This document shows, in pieces, positions 22,786-31,689 of a DNA stretch of 64,000 nucleotides (the first letter of the stretch is position 1; the number at the start of each line of letters is the position of its first letter). The DNA is from Verrucomicrobia subdivision 3 bacterium UBA3939 (GTDB taxonomy: Bacteria > Verrucomicrobiota > Verrucomicrobiia > Limisphaerales > UBA3939). A program made the translations under genes and the position numbers. Under the pieces are notes generated by a model, which saw only the letters and a program-made list of their open reading frames with translations, was not told the DNA's origin and did no database searches. Location: the NCBI GenBank assembly GCA_002385705.1, contig DGDZ01000074.1:77677-141676 (forward strand), written 5' to 3'.

Positions 22786-23352
22786 TCAGTTCAATGACAG
22801 GTCCTCGGGCATTTGCGCGAGGATCCGATACTTCCCGCCCTTCTGGCGAAGGATCGATCGCCAGAGATCCTCCGGGTCGGTGTCGAAGACCAGGCTGAGC
22901 GAAGCCGGGTGCAACAGCCAGGCGTCGCGGCGCAGTTCATCCTCGAGCTGGCCCGGTCCCCAGCCGGCATAGCCGGCAAACAGCTTGAGCTTGCGAGTGG
23001 GCGAAAAGGACTCGCCGATCTCCATCAGCATGTCGAGCGAATGGCCCAGGCTGAGGTTGGGCATGACGTTCGCATCCGGTATGAACGAGTCCGAATGCAG
23101 GAAACTGAGCGCGGTCGGCTGGACGGGGCCCCCGAGGTACAACGGGCATTCTTTCAGCACTTCCGGCAGGTCGGCGACGATCATCTCGCCGACCTTGTTT
23201 CCCATCGCGCGGTTGAGTACGAGACCGAAGGCGCCCTCCTCGTTGTGTTCGCAGATGAGGACGACGCTTCTTTGGAAGAACGAGCCCTGCAACTGGCCGC
23301 TGTCCAGCAGCAGCTGGCCCTTCAAAGACCTGGATTCGTCAGGCATATACAT
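22786..23352 (-). CDS. YqgE/AlgH family protein (UPF0301)
   Basis: [25 protein letters not shown] and [13 protein letters not shown] signatures; 188 aa. Confidence 0.85.
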   Translation of the reverse strand: MYMPDESRSLKGQLLLDSGQLQGSFFQRSVVLICEHNEEGAFGLVLNRAMGNKVGEMIVADLPEVLKECPLYLGGPVQPTALSFLHSDSFIPDANVMPNLSLGHSLDMLMEIGESFSPTRKLKLFAGYAGWGPGQLEDELRRDAWLLHPASLSLVFDTDPEDLWRSILRQKGGKYRILAQMPEDLSLN

Positions 23353-23400
23353 CCGCGCCGGATATGTTGCTTCGCTGACAATCTGGATTAAAGTTCGAGC

Positions 23401-23517
23401 ATGTCAAAGATTTGCATCGTGATGCTCCTGGCCGCGCTGGTTCTGGGCGCCGGCTGTCAATCGAGTTCGGGCAGCCGCGAATACATTCCCGGAAAAGGCT
23501 GGGTCCCGAACGACTGA
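23401..23517 (+). CDS. 38-aa predicted lipoprotein micro-ORF (not in the ORF track)
   Basis: Translated by hand: MSKICIVMLLAALVLGAGCQSSSGSREYIPGKGWVPND*. Signal peptide with a lipobox-like LGAG|C. Lies in the 170-nt gap between two minus-strand genes. Confidence 0.4.
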   Translation: MSKICIVMLLAALVLGAGCQSSSGSREYIPGKGWVPND

Positions 23518-23523
23518 CCCCGG

Positions 23524-23769
23524 TCAGATCTTCCAGCCAAGGCCTTCGAGGTGATGCGCGACGTCCTCGACGCTGGCGTCCGCCAGGATGTGGCCGTCAA
23601 TGTCGAGCGTCGGGCTGATCAACCGTCCCGCCTTTTCCATGGCTTCTTTCGCATATGGCTCATAGACCGTGACGTTGCGGATTTCGAAAGGGATACCGAG
23701 CTCGTTGAGAAAGCCGATAACGGCTGCGGCCCAGGGACAGCCGGCCTTGCGATAGAGAATGATTTTCAT
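23524..23769 (-). CDS. glutaredoxin-family small protein (monothiol-like CPWA site)
   Basis: MKIILYRKAGCPWAAAVIGFLNELGIPFE... with a thioredoxin-fold layout (SPTLDIDG). Start set at the ATG 23769 rather than the tracked 23817. Confidence 0.65.
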   Translation of the reverse strand: MKIILYRKAGCPWAAAVIGFLNELGIPFEIRNVTVYEPYAKEAMEKAGRLISPTLDIDGHILADASVEDVAHHLEGLGWKI

Positions 23770-23888
23770 GGGGTAACCATGCCACAAAACCGGCCGGAAA
23801 AACACCCAACAGCCCACATCGCACCTCCGGGGGGAACAACGACGAGGGAGGCTCGACTCGGGGGGGAGTCTTTGCTAGCTTCCGCCGG

Positions 23889-24845
23889 GTGAATTTCCTC
23901 GTTACGGGCGGTGCTGGGTTCATCGGATCGAATCTGTGCGAGCGGCTGTTGCTCCTCGGCCACGCCGTCTGGGCTTTTGATGACCTGAACGATTTCTACG
24001 ATCCCCGGTTCAAGCAGCGCAATGTGCGCTCTCTCCAGGCGCTGGCAAAGCCGTTCGAGTTCGTTCACGGAGACCTTCTGGACCGGCGCGCGCTGGATGA
24101 GCTGTTGGGCAGCGTCCGGTTCGACCAGATCATTCATCTGGCGGCCCGGGCCGGGGTTCGGCCGAGCCTTCAGGCGCCGGCGCTCTACCAGCGGGTGAAT
24201 GTGGAGGGCACGGTGAACCTGCTGGAAGCGGCCCGGAACGCGAACGTGCGCAAGATCATCATCGCGTCCAGCTCGTCCGTTTACGGCGTCAACTCGAAGG
24301 TGCCCTTCTCGGAGTCGGACCCGATCTTCACCCCGATCTCGCCGTATGCGGCCAGCAAGCTGGCGTGTGAAGCGCTGGGGCACGTGTATCACCATGTGTA
24401 CGGGATGGACGTGGCGATGCTGCGCTTCTTCACGGTGTACGGCACGCGGCAGCGGCCGGACCTGGCGATTTACAAGTTTGCGAAATTGATGCTGGAGGGG
24501 AAGCCCATCCCGGTATTCGGCGAAGGCACGACCGCCCGTGATTATACGTACATCACGGACATCCTGGATGGAATCGTGGCTTGCACTGAACACGAGTTTG
24601 GATATGAAATCTTCAACCTCGGCGAATCGCAGGTGACAAGCCTGAACCGGATGATCGAATTGCTGGAAGACGCTTTGGGGCGGAAGGCTGTCATTGACCG
24701 CCAGCCGGTCCAGGCGGGCGATGTGCCGTTGACGTATGCGGACATCTCGAAAGCCCAGGCCCGGCTGGGTTACGATCCGAAGGTCAAAATCGAACAGGGC
24801 ATTCGCCTGTTCGTGGACTGGTTCCGAAGCGACGAACTGAGATAA
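23889..24845 (+). CDS. NAD-dependent nucleotide-sugar epimerase/dehydratase (UDP-glucuronate 4-epimerase-like)
   Basis: Rossmann motif VTGGAGFIGSNL, catalytic YAASKLACE; GTG start. Confidence 0.85.
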   Translation: MNFLVTGGAGFIGSNLCERLLLLGHAVWAFDDLNDFYDPRFKQRNVRSLQALAKPFEFVHGDLLDRRALDELLGSVRFDQIIHLAARAGVRPSLQAPALYQRVNVEGTVNLLEAARNANVRKIIIASSSSVYGVNSKVPFSESDPIFTPISPYAASKLACEALGHVYHHVYGMDVAMLRFFTVYGTRQRPDLAIYKFAKLMLEGKPIPVFGEGTTARDYTYITDILDGIVACTEHEFGYEIFNLGESQVTSLNRMIELLEDALGRKAVIDRQPVQAGDVPLTYADISKAQARLGYDPKVKIEQGIRLFVDWFRSDELR

Positions 24846-24850
24846 TACGT

Positions 24851-25429
24851 ATGGCAAGTCTCCCCAAATTCGCACGGCCGACATTCGAGCAGTCCCTGGA
24901 AGTGTGGAGGAAGCTGCTGGATGATCGCAATCTGCCGACTGAACTGGTCTGGATTTACGACGAGAACCTGGTGTTTGAAAGGGACGGCGAATCGGGGTTC
25001 AGGCTCGGGTACCAGACGCATTTCACGCCGCCGCCCCCGGAGGCGGAGCGGATCACGTTCGACTACTTCTGCGAGTTCGAGGCCCGCATGGCGTATTATC
25101 GCCTCGGCAGCAACCGGGGCCGGTCCGTCTGCCTGATGCTGTGCGACGTCTGGTTTGAAGGCAAGGACGAGACGGACGGTTACGTGCGGAAGGACGATTG
25201 GCTGATGTCGTTTCACCCGGGCACCGGCAACGAGATCGAGGAGATCCGCGATGAAGAGCGCTGGAGGAACCGGATTGTGCGGAATCGCCCGCTGCACGAC
25301 CTGGACTTCTGCATGACGCTGCGCGGCGTGCACGAGATGCTGGCGCATGGCCGCGTGCTGACGACGTACGAGCATTACGCGCTGAAGCTGTTGGGCGCCT
25401 GGCGCAGAATCCTGCGCGAGCAACGGTAG
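24851..25429 (+). CDS. hypothetical protein (192 aa)
   Basis: ORF with neighbour-like codon usage, starting 5 nt after the epimerase stop. No motif recognised. Confidence 0.5.
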   Translation: MASLPKFARPTFEQSLEVWRKLLDDRNLPTELVWIYDENLVFERDGESGFRLGYQTHFTPPPPEAERITFDYFCEFEARMAYYRLGSNRGRSVCLMLCDVWFEGKDETDGYVRKDDWLMSFHPGTGNEIEEIRDEERWRNRIVRNRPLHDLDFCMTLRGVHEMLAHGRVLTTYEHYALKLLGAWRRILREQR

Positions 25430-25434
25430 CGACG

Positions 25435-25743
25435 ATGGCGGCGACGCGGCATTGCTGGAAGTGCGGCACGGAATACAAGCTGTCCGGGTCGCCCGGGCGT
25501 TCCGAAACGTGCGAACGCTGCGGTTCGGACCTGAAGGTCTGTCTGAACTGCGTGAGCCATGATCCGCGCGCGGCGCATCAGTGCCGCGATCGCCGCGCCG
25601 AGCCGGTCGCCGAAAAACACATGGCCAACTACTGCGAGTATTTCGAAATGGCCCGGCGCGAATATGTTCCCCGGGAAGACGCCTTCGGCGCCTCGCGAGA
25701 ATCGAGCGCCCGCGACGCGCTGAAGAAATTGCTCGGCGACTGA
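25435..25743 (+). CDS. Cys-rich zinc-ribbon protein (102 aa)
   Basis: CWKC...CERC...CLNC...QC...YC cysteine pattern. Starts 5 nt after the previous stop. Confidence 0.5.
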   Translation: MAATRHCWKCGTEYKLSGSPGRSETCERCGSDLKVCLNCVSHDPRAAHQCRDRRAEPVAEKHMANYCEYFEMARREYVPREDAFGASRESSARDALKKLLGD

Positions 25744-26145
25744 CGGCCAATTCGCACTCCTGCCCTGAAATCGCCGGGCTTTGTCGTGCCCTGCCTGCCA
25801 TCCACTCCAGGTGTTCGGGAGGTTTGGCTGCTGAATTGCCGCGAGGGTTTCCGTTCTCTCACTGAGGCGTCGACAAACCGGACGGCGGTTCAGGTGCCGA
25901 TCGCGACCGTTCACGACCTCGCTGCCGAGTTGCATTCTCTGAGAATCCGGCCCGGAGGAGAGCGCCCCGCCGAGGTGTGGAGCCTGACCTGGAAGACCCG
26001 TGACGCAGACACGCAGATTCGTGGAATTATCCTGCCGCATGCCGATGGAGAATTCCTCAGGATCGAAAGAATTACAGGCAGGCAGTGAAGGTCTTGAAGA
26101 TCTGAGGGAGTTGAACGGAAGTGGACCGATCGTCCGGCGGTGGCG

Positions 26146-27498
26146 TCAGCTCCGGACCAGGCGCGCCACGAACGCGCCGTCCACGCCGTCGGCAAAGGGC
26201 AGGAGTTCGCGGTGATGCTCGAGAGTGAAGGCGGGGTTCGCCTTCAGGAACAATTCGATCACACCCATGTTTTCCTCCGGTTCGAGACTGCACGTGCTGT
26301 AGATCAGCACGCCTTCGGGTTTGAGGACGGACGCCGCTTTCGTCAGCAGTTCGAGCTGGACCGATTGCAGACGCGCCAGTTCCTCCTGTTGAATGCGCCA
26401 GCGCAGATCCACCCGGCGCCGCAGCACGCCGGTGTTCGAGCAGGGCGCATCGACCAGGACGCGGTCGAACTGCGTCGGCGGCACGTCCGACGTGATCTCG
26501 ACACAGGCGGCGCGGAGCCGATCGCAATTCTCCCGGAGCAACTGGATCCGGTCCGGAGAGACGTCATGCGCGACGACCCGGCCGCGGTTCTCCATGCATT
26601 GGGCGATGAATGTCGCCTTGCCGCCCGGCGCCGCGCACAGGTCGAGGATGGTTTCGCCGGGCTGAGGATCCAGTTCGCTGACCGCGAGCAGCGTGCTCGG
26701 GTCCTGAACATAGAACAGTCCATACCGGAAGCTTGGAAGCCGCGCGATCGGCGGGGTGGATTTGAGTTCAAACACCAGGCCCTCGTCGATCCAGCTTTTC
26801 CGGACGAAATCATACTCGACGCCTTCGTCGCGCCACTGCGCCAGCACATCGCCCGCGTCCTCGAACTCGCGGTCGATGAACGGGCGGGGCGTGGTTTTGC
26901 CTGACGGCTTTATTGCCGGGGCGGTGTGCGCGATGAACGCGAGTGAATTGACGCGCGCGAAGACTTTGGGCGGCGTGTTGTTCCATTCGAGGAGGCACGC
27001 CGCGTTTTCCGCTCCCCATCGTTCACGCCAGCGATGGACGAGCCATGCCGGATGCGAATAGCCAATGTCGGGTTGCGATGTTTTCAGTCCGGCGAGGAGT
27101 TCTTTGGTGGCATCGAATTCGCGCAGGTATCCGCGGAGCACGGCGTTGACGAAACCCGCCTGGTGGCCGAAGCCGTTGCGGCGGGCTTGCTCGACGGTTT
27201 CATTAACTGCGGCGTGATTGGGAATGCGGTCCAGCCAGAAAATCTGATAGAGCCCGAGTCGCAGCAGGTTCTGCAAGCCGGGTTTCTGCGTGCGCCCCTG
27301 GCTTTTGCGGGCGATGAGCCAGTCGAGCGTGGCCTGCCAGCGCGCGACGCCGTACACGAGTTCCTGGCACAGCGCGCGGTCGCGCGGTGAGAGCCTGGAT
27401 TCGGCGAGCGCGCGATCCAGCAGCGTTTCGGTGTAAGCGCTTCCGGAGCGCTGCTGGAGAACGCGCCCTGCAATTTCTCTTGGTTTTTGTCCGTTCAA
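26146..27498 (-). CDS. rsmB: 16S rRNA (cytosine967-C5)-methyltransferase
   Basis: NusB-like N-terminal domain plus DLCAAPGGK (SAM) and DAPCSNTGVLRRR / YSTCS catalytic Cys motifs. Confidence 0.85.
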   Translation of the reverse strand: MNGQKPREIAGRVLQQRSGSAYTETLLDRALAESRLSPRDRALCQELVYGVARWQATLDWLIARKSQGRTQKPGLQNLLRLGLYQIFWLDRIPNHAAVNETVEQARRNGFGHQAGFVNAVLRGYLREFDATKELLAGLKTSQPDIGYSHPAWLVHRWRERWGAENAACLLEWNNTPPKVFARVNSLAFIAHTAPAIKPSGKTTPRPFIDREFEDAGDVLAQWRDEGVEYDFVRKSWIDEGLVFELKSTPPIARLPSFRYGLFYVQDPSTLLAVSELDPQPGETILDLCAAPGGKATFIAQCMENRGRVVAHDVSPDRIQLLRENCDRLRAACVEITSDVPPTQFDRVLVDAPCSNTGVLRRRVDLRWRIQQEELARLQSVQLELLTKAASVLKPEGVLIYSTCSLEPEENMGVIELFLKANPAFTLEHHRELLPFADGVDGAFVARLVRS

Positions 27499-27543
27499 CT
27501 CTTTTAATTATCGCCGGTTCCAGACAAGGACGCGAGTGGCAAC

Positions 27544-29454
27544 GTGATTATGCGAGAGGAATTTGAAAAACTGGCTGCGGCTGGAAAGATCGAAGGCCGC
27601 CACATCGATCCGCTCGTGCAGCTGACCACCAGTGGATTCTGCATGCACCGGAGCTGGGGCTTCGGAAGAATCAAGACTGTGGACACAGTGTTTGCGCGGT
27701 TCACCATCGATTTTCCGAGCAAGCCCGGGCATGCGATGGATCTTTCGTTCGCGGCGGAGTCGCTCAAGCCGATCCCGAAGGAACACATCCTCGCGCGGAA
27801 AGCGTCCGATCTGGAGGGCCTGCGCCAACTGGCGGCCACCAACCACCTGGAACTGGTGAAACTCGTGCTGAACAGCTACGGCGGCAAGGCAACCGCGGAC
27901 CAGATTCAGCAGGTGCTGGTGCCTGACATCATCAGCGACGACTGGAAGAAGTGGTGGGAAGCAGCGAAGCGGGAATTGAAGAAGGACGGGCATTTCCTGG
28001 TGCCGCTGAAGAAGAGCGAGCCGATTGTTTACCAGGCGGACGAGGTGTCGCTTCAGGAGCGGCTGCTGCGCGAGTTTCGCGCGGCGCGCGGGTTGAAAGC
28101 CCGCATCGCCGTGATCGGCGAGATTCTGAAAAGCGCCCACGATCTCTCCGACCGCAAGGCGGCCGCCGAGGAGATCGTGGCGGCGTTGAACGCGGAGATC
28201 CCCAGTTACCAGCGCACGCAGCCGGCGGTGGCGCTCGAAGCCGTTTTTGCCCGCGACGACATCCGGCAGATGGGCGGATTGGAGCCCGCGGAGGGCGAAC
28301 CCAGCGCGAAAGCCATCTGGTCTCAGGATTTGAAAGTCGGACCGGTGATCGAACTGTTGCCGGCGATCAAGCACCGGCGCGCGGTGGAGTCGTTCAAGGA
28401 AGCGCACCCGGACGACTGGCACGAACTGTTGCGGCAGGCGCTGAACACGGTTCCGGCGAGGCTGTGCCGCGAGTTTGTGAACGTGCTCGTGCAGGAGGGG
28501 AAGATCACCGAGTTGAAGGATACCCTGGCCCGTCTCATCAGCCAGCACACGGCCAGCAGCGAGCTGCTCCTCTGGCTGGCGCGGGAACACGCCACCGATG
28601 CCTTTGCCGATCTCCTCGGGCCGGAAGTTTTCCGCGCCATGCTGACGAGCATGGAACGCGACCAGTTCAACGAGAAACGCTCCAACCGCCTTCGCGAATA
28701 CATCCTCGACGACCCGGACCTGTTGCCCGACCTGACCGCCGCAGCGGAGCTGGACGTCATCAAGGACCTCACCCGCGCGCTGCAGCTCTCGCCGGTGTTT
28801 GACGACATGGACAAGCGCTCGCTGCTGGCGCGCATCGTGAAGAGCCACCCGGCGGTGCAGTCGCTCATCAGCGGCGAGCCGTCGCGGCAGGACACCGCCC
28901 TGATCGTCTCCTGGAGCAGCCTCGAACGGCGCAAGGAGGAATACGCGGAACTGGTGCACAAGAAGATCCCCGCGAACTCGAAGGAGATCGCGCTGGCGCG
29001 CAGCTACGGCGACCTGCGCGAAAACCACGAGTACAAAGCCGCGAAGGAAATGCAGAAGGTCCTGATGCGCCGCAAGGACGAGCTCGAAGCCCAGCTCGTG
29101 CGCGCCCGGGGAACCGACTTTTCGAATGCTCGAACCGACGTCGTCAGCATTGGCACGATCGTGCATGCCACCGATGTTTCAACCGGCGAACGCGAAACGT
29201 TCACCATTCTCGGCGCCTGGGACTCCGACCCGGACAAGGGTATCATCAGCTATCTCTCCCCGGTGGCGCAGGCGTTGTTGAACCGGAAGGTGGGGGACGA
29301 GGTGGAATTCGAGGTGCACGGCGCGCGGCATACGCACCGCATCGAAAGCATCGAAGCGTATCAGCCGGCCCCGCCGCCAACCGCGTCGGATTCCGCGGCT
29401 CCGCCGTCCGAAACGCCGGGTGCGAGTGAAACGGACCCGCAACCTCCTGCGTAG
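27544..29454 (+). CDS. 636-aa protein ending in a complete GreA/GreB-type module
   Basis: C-terminal ~170 aa: coiled-coil with acidic tip YGDLRENHEYKAAKE, then a globular domain (GTIVHATDV...FTILGAWDSDPDKGIISYLSPVAQALLNRKVGDEVEF). N-terminal ~450 aa unassigned. The first ~60 aa (HRSWGFGRIKTVDTVFARFTIDF) resemble a CarD/TRCF-RID-like Tudor fold. The ATG at 27550 is an alternative start. Confidence 0.75.
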   Translation: MIMREEFEKLAAAGKIEGRHIDPLVQLTTSGFCMHRSWGFGRIKTVDTVFARFTIDFPSKPGHAMDLSFAAESLKPIPKEHILARKASDLEGLRQLAATNHLELVKLVLNSYGGKATADQIQQVLVPDIISDDWKKWWEAAKRELKKDGHFLVPLKKSEPIVYQADEVSLQERLLREFRAARGLKARIAVIGEILKSAHDLSDRKAAAEEIVAALNAEIPSYQRTQPAVALEAVFARDDIRQMGGLEPAEGEPSAKAIWSQDLKVGPVIELLPAIKHRRAVESFKEAHPDDWHELLRQALNTVPARLCREFVNVLVQEGKITELKDTLARLISQHTASSELLLWLAREHATDAFADLLGPEVFRAMLTSMERDQFNEKRSNRLREYILDDPDLLPDLTAAAELDVIKDLTRALQLSPVFDDMDKRSLLARIVKSHPAVQSLISGEPSRQDTALIVSWSSLERRKEEYAELVHKKIPANSKEIALARSYGDLRENHEYKAAKEMQKVLMRRKDELEAQLVRARGTDFSNARTDVVSIGTIVHATDVSTGERETFTILGAWDSDPDKGIISYLSPVAQALLNRKVGDEVEFEVHGARHTHRIESIEAYQPAPPPTASDSAAPPSETPGASETDPQPPA

Positions 29455-30276
29455 TCAGGCGGGCTTTGCCGGGAACGCCATCAGCTCGCGGACGCGCTGC
29501 TCGATATTTCCGTGTTTGACCAGCGACTCTCCCACAAGGATGGCCTTCGCGCCGCATTTTGACAGGCGTTCCACGTCCGCTCGCGTGTGAATGCCGCTTT
29601 CGGCCACCAGCAGCGGCCGAACATCTGCGGGCAGGGAGACCAGCCTCGCGGCAAGGCGTTCCGTCGTCGCAAGGTCCACCTGGAACGTTTTCAGGTTGCG
29701 ATTGTTCACCCCGACCAATGGAGCCTTCAAAGCCAGGGCGCGTTCCAGCTCGATTTCGTCGTGCACTTCCACCAGCGCCGCCAATCCCGCTTCCGTCGCC
29801 AGTTCATGAAACCGGCGCAGGCGCGCATCGTCCAGGATCGCCACGATCAACAGGATCGCATCGGCGCCCCATTCGATGGCTTCCAGGATCTGGCGTTCGT
29901 CGATGATGAAATCCTTCCGCAACAACGGCAGTTGAACCGCCGCGCGGATCCGGCGCAGGTAATCCAGCGAACCCTGAAAGAACTTCTCGTCGGTCAACAC
30001 CGAAAGGCACGTGGCGCCGGCCGTTTCGTAGTCCTTCGCGATGCGGACCGGGTCGAAGTCGGGACAGATGATTCCGGCGGACGGCGAGGCCTTCTTCACT
30101 TCGGCGATCAGCGCGATGGAACCGTTTTTCGGCGAACGCAGCGCTCCGAGGAAATCGCGGCGCGAGTTGCGCGCCAGCAGGGCGTCGCGGAGATCGCCGG
30201 CCGCGAGCGGCCGCTCCGGCAGCCGCGCGACTTCACGCTTCTTCTCTTCAACGATGGTGTCGAGGATGTTGCTCAT
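29455..30276 (-). CDS. trpC: indole-3-glycerol phosphate synthase
   Basis: IAEVKKASPS, LRKDF, VGVNNRNL and ESGI motifs. ATGA overlap with the prfB stop. Confidence 0.9.
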   Translation of the reverse strand: MSNILDTIVEEKKREVARLPERPLAAGDLRDALLARNSRRDFLGALRSPKNGSIALIAEVKKASPSAGIICPDFDPVRIAKDYETAGATCLSVLTDEKFFQGSLDYLRRIRAAVQLPLLRKDFIIDERQILEAIEWGADAILLIVAILDDARLRRFHELATEAGLAALVEVHDEIELERALALKAPLVGVNNRNLKTFQVDLATTERLAARLVSLPADVRPLLVAESGIHTRADVERLSKCGAKAILVGESLVKHGNIEQRVRELMAFPAKPA

Positions 30277-31419
30277 TCGTCCTCATCCTTGACTCCCTGC
30301 ATGCGGCGCGAGGGACAGCCGGCGCGCAGCCACGCGTTGACGAACGGATCGAGGTCGCCGTCCATCACGGCCTGGACGTTGCTCGTTTCGACGCCGGTGC
30401 GCAGGTCCTTGACCATCCGGTAGGGCTGGAACACGTAGCTGCGGATCTGGTTCCCCCACGAGATACTTCCTTTTTCCCCGTAAAACCGCTCCATCTCGGC
30501 CTTCTGCGCGTCCTGGCGTTGCGCGTAGAGTTTGGACAGCAACAGTTTCATGGCCGTGGCGCGGTTCTGATGCTGGGACCGCTGGCTTTGCGAGGCCGCC
30601 ACAATGCCCGTGGGGATGTGGGTGATGCGCACGGCGGTCTCGACCTTGTTCACGTTCTGGCCGCCCTTCCCGCCGGAGCGATACGTGTCGATCCTCAATT
30701 CGGACGGCGGGATGACGATCTCTTTGGTGTCTTCCTCGAGCTCGGCGATCACATCGACGCTGGCGAAGCTGGTGTGCCGGCGTTTGTTGGCGTCGAAGGG
30801 CGAAATGCGGACGAGCCGATGCACGCCGCGTTCGGCCTTGGCGAACCCGTAGGCGTTTTCGCCGCGAATGAGCATGGTGACGCTCTTGAGGCCGGCGCCT
30901 TCGCCGGGGAGCGCGTCGGTGATCTCGACTTCCCAGCCGCGGCCTTCGGCCCAGCGCTGGTACATGCGCGAGAGCATCTCGGCCCAGTCCTGGGCCTCGG
31001 TGCCGCCGGCCCCGGCGTTGATGCTGAGGATACAGTTGTTCTTGTCGTGCGGCCCGGTCAGAAAGACGCGCAGCTCGAGCGCATCGAGGTCTTTGAAGAA
31101 CTTCGCAAGGTCGGCTTCGAGTTCGCGCTGGATCTTCTCCTGCGCCTCGGGGGGCTCGGCCTCGCCGAGCTCGACCATGACCTGGAAATCCTCGATCTGC
31201 TTTTCAGCCTTGAGGAGGGGCTCGATCCGGTTGCGCAGTGAACCGGCCTCGTCGATGATCTTCTGCGCCTGCTCGCGGTTGTTCCAGAAATTCTCCTGCG
31301 CCATCAGGGCGTTCAATTCGCCCAGGCGCCGTTGAGCGCCGGGCACGTCAAAGAAACCTCCGCAGGTGCGCGAGTTTCTCCGCCGCAGTCGAAATCTGAT
31401 CCGTAATGGTGTCGAACAT
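30273..31419 (-). CDS. prfB: peptide chain release factor 2 (two frames joined by programmed +1 frameshift)
   Basis: Frame 0 gives MFDTITDQISTAAEKLAHLRRFL then TGA (31350-31348). The +1 frame continues DVPGAQRRLGELNAL... with the SPF-type region and GGQNVNKVETAV (GGQ motif). Confidence 0.9.
31347..31361 (-). promoter_or_regulatory. prfB +1 frameshift site: GGAGG-TTT-CTT TGA C
   Basis: Minus-strand read GGAGGTTTCTTTGAC. Slippery CTT plus in-frame TGA followed by C, with an internal SD-like GGAGG 3 nt upstream, as in the classical RF2 autoregulatory site. Confidence 0.9.
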
Positions 31420-31458
31420 GCGCGGAGCATACAACAGGCTTGGGGCGGTGCCAACTGG

Positions 31459-31486
31459 TTGATGGTGGATTGTTGATGGTTGATAG
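31459..31486. repeat. 4 x 7-nt tandem array (TTGATGG TGGATTG TTGATGG TTGATAG)
   Basis: Read directly; lies 40 nt upstream of the prfB start on the opposite strand. Confidence 0.7.
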
Positions 31487-31499
31487 AGTCGCATCCCTC

Positions 31500-31535
31500 G
31501 GTGGGGCGAGCGTCCCCGCGAGCCGTCGTGCAGTG
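31500..31535. repeat. GC-rich dispersed repeat, family A, short form
   Basis: GGTGGGGCGAGCGTCCCCGCGAGCCGTCGTGCAGTG; near-identical copies at 31590-31657, 40168-40216 and (reverse complement) 40303-40338. Confidence 0.7.
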
Positions 31536-31589
31536 TGATTGGTTGTCCGAAGTTCCAAATCCCGGGTTCCAGGTTCCAAAACGATGCCC

Positions 31590-31657
31590 GGTGGAGCGAG
31601 CGTCCTCGCGCCTGCCCGGCCGTAGCCTCGGCGAAGGCCGGAGCCGTCGTGCGATGT
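31590..31657. repeat. family A repeat, long form (short form plus a 31-nt hairpin insert)
   Basis: GGTGGAGCGAGCGTCCTCGCG[CCTGCCCGGCCGTAGCCTCGGCGAAGGCCGG]AGCCGTCGTGCGATGTG. The insert at 31611-31641 contains the CCGGCC...GGCCGG stem. Confidence 0.7.
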
Positions 31658-31689
31658 GGCGAGTCGTGCGAATGCAAGCGCTCTGACAC

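Noticed and set aside
20957-22972. 671-aa plus-strand ORF
   Set aside because: Antisense shadow of uvrB.
25786-26088. 100-codon plus-strand ORF in the gap before rsmB
   Set aside because: No motif, no obvious start context, and codon usage only weakly coding-like. Left unannotated, but it could be a real small protein, so conservation should be checked.
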